From assembly GCF_000195855.1 (NCBI RefSeq), contig NC_002677.1, positions 2,370,001-2,402,000 of the forward strand: a stretch of 32,000 bases of DNA, in the 5' to 3' direction. Source of the stretch: Mycobacterium leprae TN. GTDB taxonomy: Bacteria > Actinomycetota > Actinomycetes > Mycobacteriales > Mycobacteriaceae. The notes below the pieces were generated by a model. That model was given only the letters and a program-made list of their open reading frames with translations. It made no database searches and had not been told where the DNA came from. Made by a program: the position numbers and the translations under genes. Of the stretch, positions 28,986-32,000 are shown one piece after another (the first letter of the stretch is position 1; every line of letters starts with the position of its first letter).

Positions 28986-30389
28986 CCTTGACCCGACCCA
29001 GCCGGTCGCAACGTCGTCCTCGAGTGCGCGCGCCGGGCGATGCAAGCCCCCACCGCAAGCAACGCACAAGATCGGCGCTGGCTGGTGATCACCGATGCCG
29101 ACAAACGTGCGGCGATCGCCGAGATCTAGGGCAGTGTCGACGCTGAGTACATCACTACAACCGCTAAAACCTTCTCAGATCAGCAGACCTGACGCGAGTA
29201 TAGCAACATGGTGAGTCTGACCAAAACGCTGGACCACGTTTCCGTACACATCATCCCTTGCCTGCAGTGCCGTTTCCATGACGCCGATCCGCTGTTCGAG
29301 CGTGGCGGGATCACCTATTGGGACAGCTGGATAGAAAGCTGATGCAATCCAGCACAGTGCGATTCCACATCTACGCATCCACGAAGAAAAGTGGGCAGGT
29401 ACTGCGTCCACCGGCGCCGCCAAACGCACCACGGCCACGGGTCCTCAAGTGGCCAAATAAGAGCATGTAAAATCCTGAAAGAAGGCAACTAGGCGGGTGA
29501 GGTCTAGTCCGCACTTGCATCTTCGAAATGCCCAAGTACTTGCTGTCCGGCGGCAAGAGGCGGTCGTGGGAAACTCGTTCCTGAAGCGGAGATCAACAAG
29601 CTGTCACGATATGTGGCGGTCAGCGCGCCAGTGTTGTCCGGTGCCGGAGGGCTATTACCAATTCGAAGAGTAGCTCTACGGCATCACGACGCTGACCTTC
29701 AACGAGACCTATGAGCGCAGGCTTGGCTACGCCGGCAACGTGCGGCGGCTGACCTAGACGTCAGAACTGCACGCCGTCTTAGTTGTGCCTGTTCTCACAA
29801 CAGGTTTCTTCGCACAGCTGTACGCAGCAACCGTCGTCGGTGAAATAGCAGATTTTACAGGCAAGGTGGTGTCAGCACGATGACCGCCACATGAAAGGAA
29901 CAACAATGTGCTGGATATGTGACCATCAGGGCAACACCAAAGACAATTACTGGACGATGTTGTAATACGTGGAAAACGACCGAGTGCTCTACACGTATAT
30001 AGTCGTCCTGACCCATCATGGGTTGCCCGAATTCTTGGTGACTGGCGTCTAACCCCAGCAAACTGCGCGAATGTTGGGCGGCGTTGCCCGATCAGCTCCC
30101 GTTCTTCGCCCACCGAATCGCGGTGAATAACTAAGGTTAAGCGTCAGCACCGTGGTGGAAGTCGTCGCGATTGAGTATCCCGACGCGCACATGGACACCG
30201 CGACTGTGATTTACAGCAGCACAGTCAAAGCATTGCAGCTGGTGTGGACTTACAGACGTAGTCGCTGGCCCTGGGAACCGGGCTTCAACGATGGTCGAAG
30301 TATCCAGCCGGTGCTAGGCGTACGGTCCACACCAAACTCTTGATCTGCTCCAGAAAAGTCTAGAGTCATATCGGTCCGTGTTGTCCCCG

Positions 30390-30836
30390 ATGTCGAACTA
30401 CGCAAAGCAGTTGCGCATGGCTTATTTGCGTGTGACCCGTCCACAAATCGCCGTGTCCGAAGCAGTGCACACGCCCCCGCACGCCAACATTAAAACGAGC
30501 CGTAATGCCGTTCCGTGTTGAACTGCCCGCAGTGTCCCGGCAAACCGTGTACGACGTACTGCAATGGCCTGACTACCACAAGTCTGGTAAGGAGCGAATC
30601 TCTGGTAAGGAGCGAATCCAGTCCTCGGGTTCGGTTGCTTGCTACGAGTTACAGGCCGGAAAGAACCACCATCACATTGTGTGCCAATACTGCAGAGCGC
30701 AATCGCAGACGCTAATTATACGACCGGTGAGGCGCCGTGTCTCTGACTACCTCAGACCCTAACAGCTTCCCTATTAAGGAGGCTGAAGTCATCTACTGGG
30801 TCCTATGCCCGGACTGTTCGACATCAGACACTCCCG
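30390..30836 (+). pseudogene. furA: FurA (Rv1909c-like) ferric-uptake-type regulator remnant
   Basis: MSNYAKQLRMAYLRVTRPQIAVSEAVHTPPHANIKTS*; VELPAVSRQTVYDVLQW; SSGSVACYELQAGKNHHHIVCQYCRA; IKEAEVIYWVLCPDCSTSDT. Frameshifts, a stop, and an internal 18-bp duplication. Confidence 0.88.
30583..30618 (+). repeat. Perfect 18-bp tandem duplication inside the furA remnant
   Basis: tctggtaaggagcgaatc (30583-30600) repeated exactly at 30601-30618; in frame it encodes SGKERI twice. Confidence 0.97.
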
Positions 30837-30840
30837 AAAG

Positions 30841-32000
<1,160 letters not shown>

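Overview
This looks like mycobacterial DNA from a pseudogene-rich, leprosy-bacillus-like genome; that assignment is inference from recalled gene order and the amount of decay. Eight genes or gene blocks look intact:
1. A long-form isocitrate lyase (aceA, minus strand, running off the left edge).
2. A P1B-type metal ATPase core (ctpA-like) whose N-terminal HMA domain is broken by frameshifts.
3. A zinc-finger anti-sigma membrane protein (Rv0093c-like).
4. A complete PPE / TauD-like non-heme iron oxygenase / FcoT thioesterase / FadD10 / ACP / NRPS operon. It is orthologous to M. tuberculosis Rv0096-Rv0101, the isonitrile lipopeptide (INLP, 'kupyaphore') metallophore cluster.
5. A His-rich small membrane protein on the minus strand.
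6. A fused CopD/CtaG-like membrane protein (Rv0102-like).
7. An intact ctpB-like P1B ATPase (minus strand).
8. Between and around these, heavily decayed remnants: SigC-like ECF sigma factor, PEP mutase/isocitrate lyase superfamily protein, MBL-fold hydrolase, zinc-type quinone oxidoreductase (fadB5-like), lipoprotein, alpha/beta hydrolase, nitronate monooxygenase, carboxymuconolactone decarboxylase/AhpD-like protein, furA and katG.

The main biological story is a metal-acquisition island that stays open in a decaying neighbourhood. The most interesting details are a monomodular C-A-T-R NRPS, an orphaned anti-sigma factor beside a dead sigma gene, a perfect 25-bp-arm hairpin in unexplained DNA, a tiny well-initiated ORF inside the operon, and the placement of the whole block between aceA and Rv1913/fadB5-like remnants. 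All homology calls are from memory and motif reading. No database search was run.
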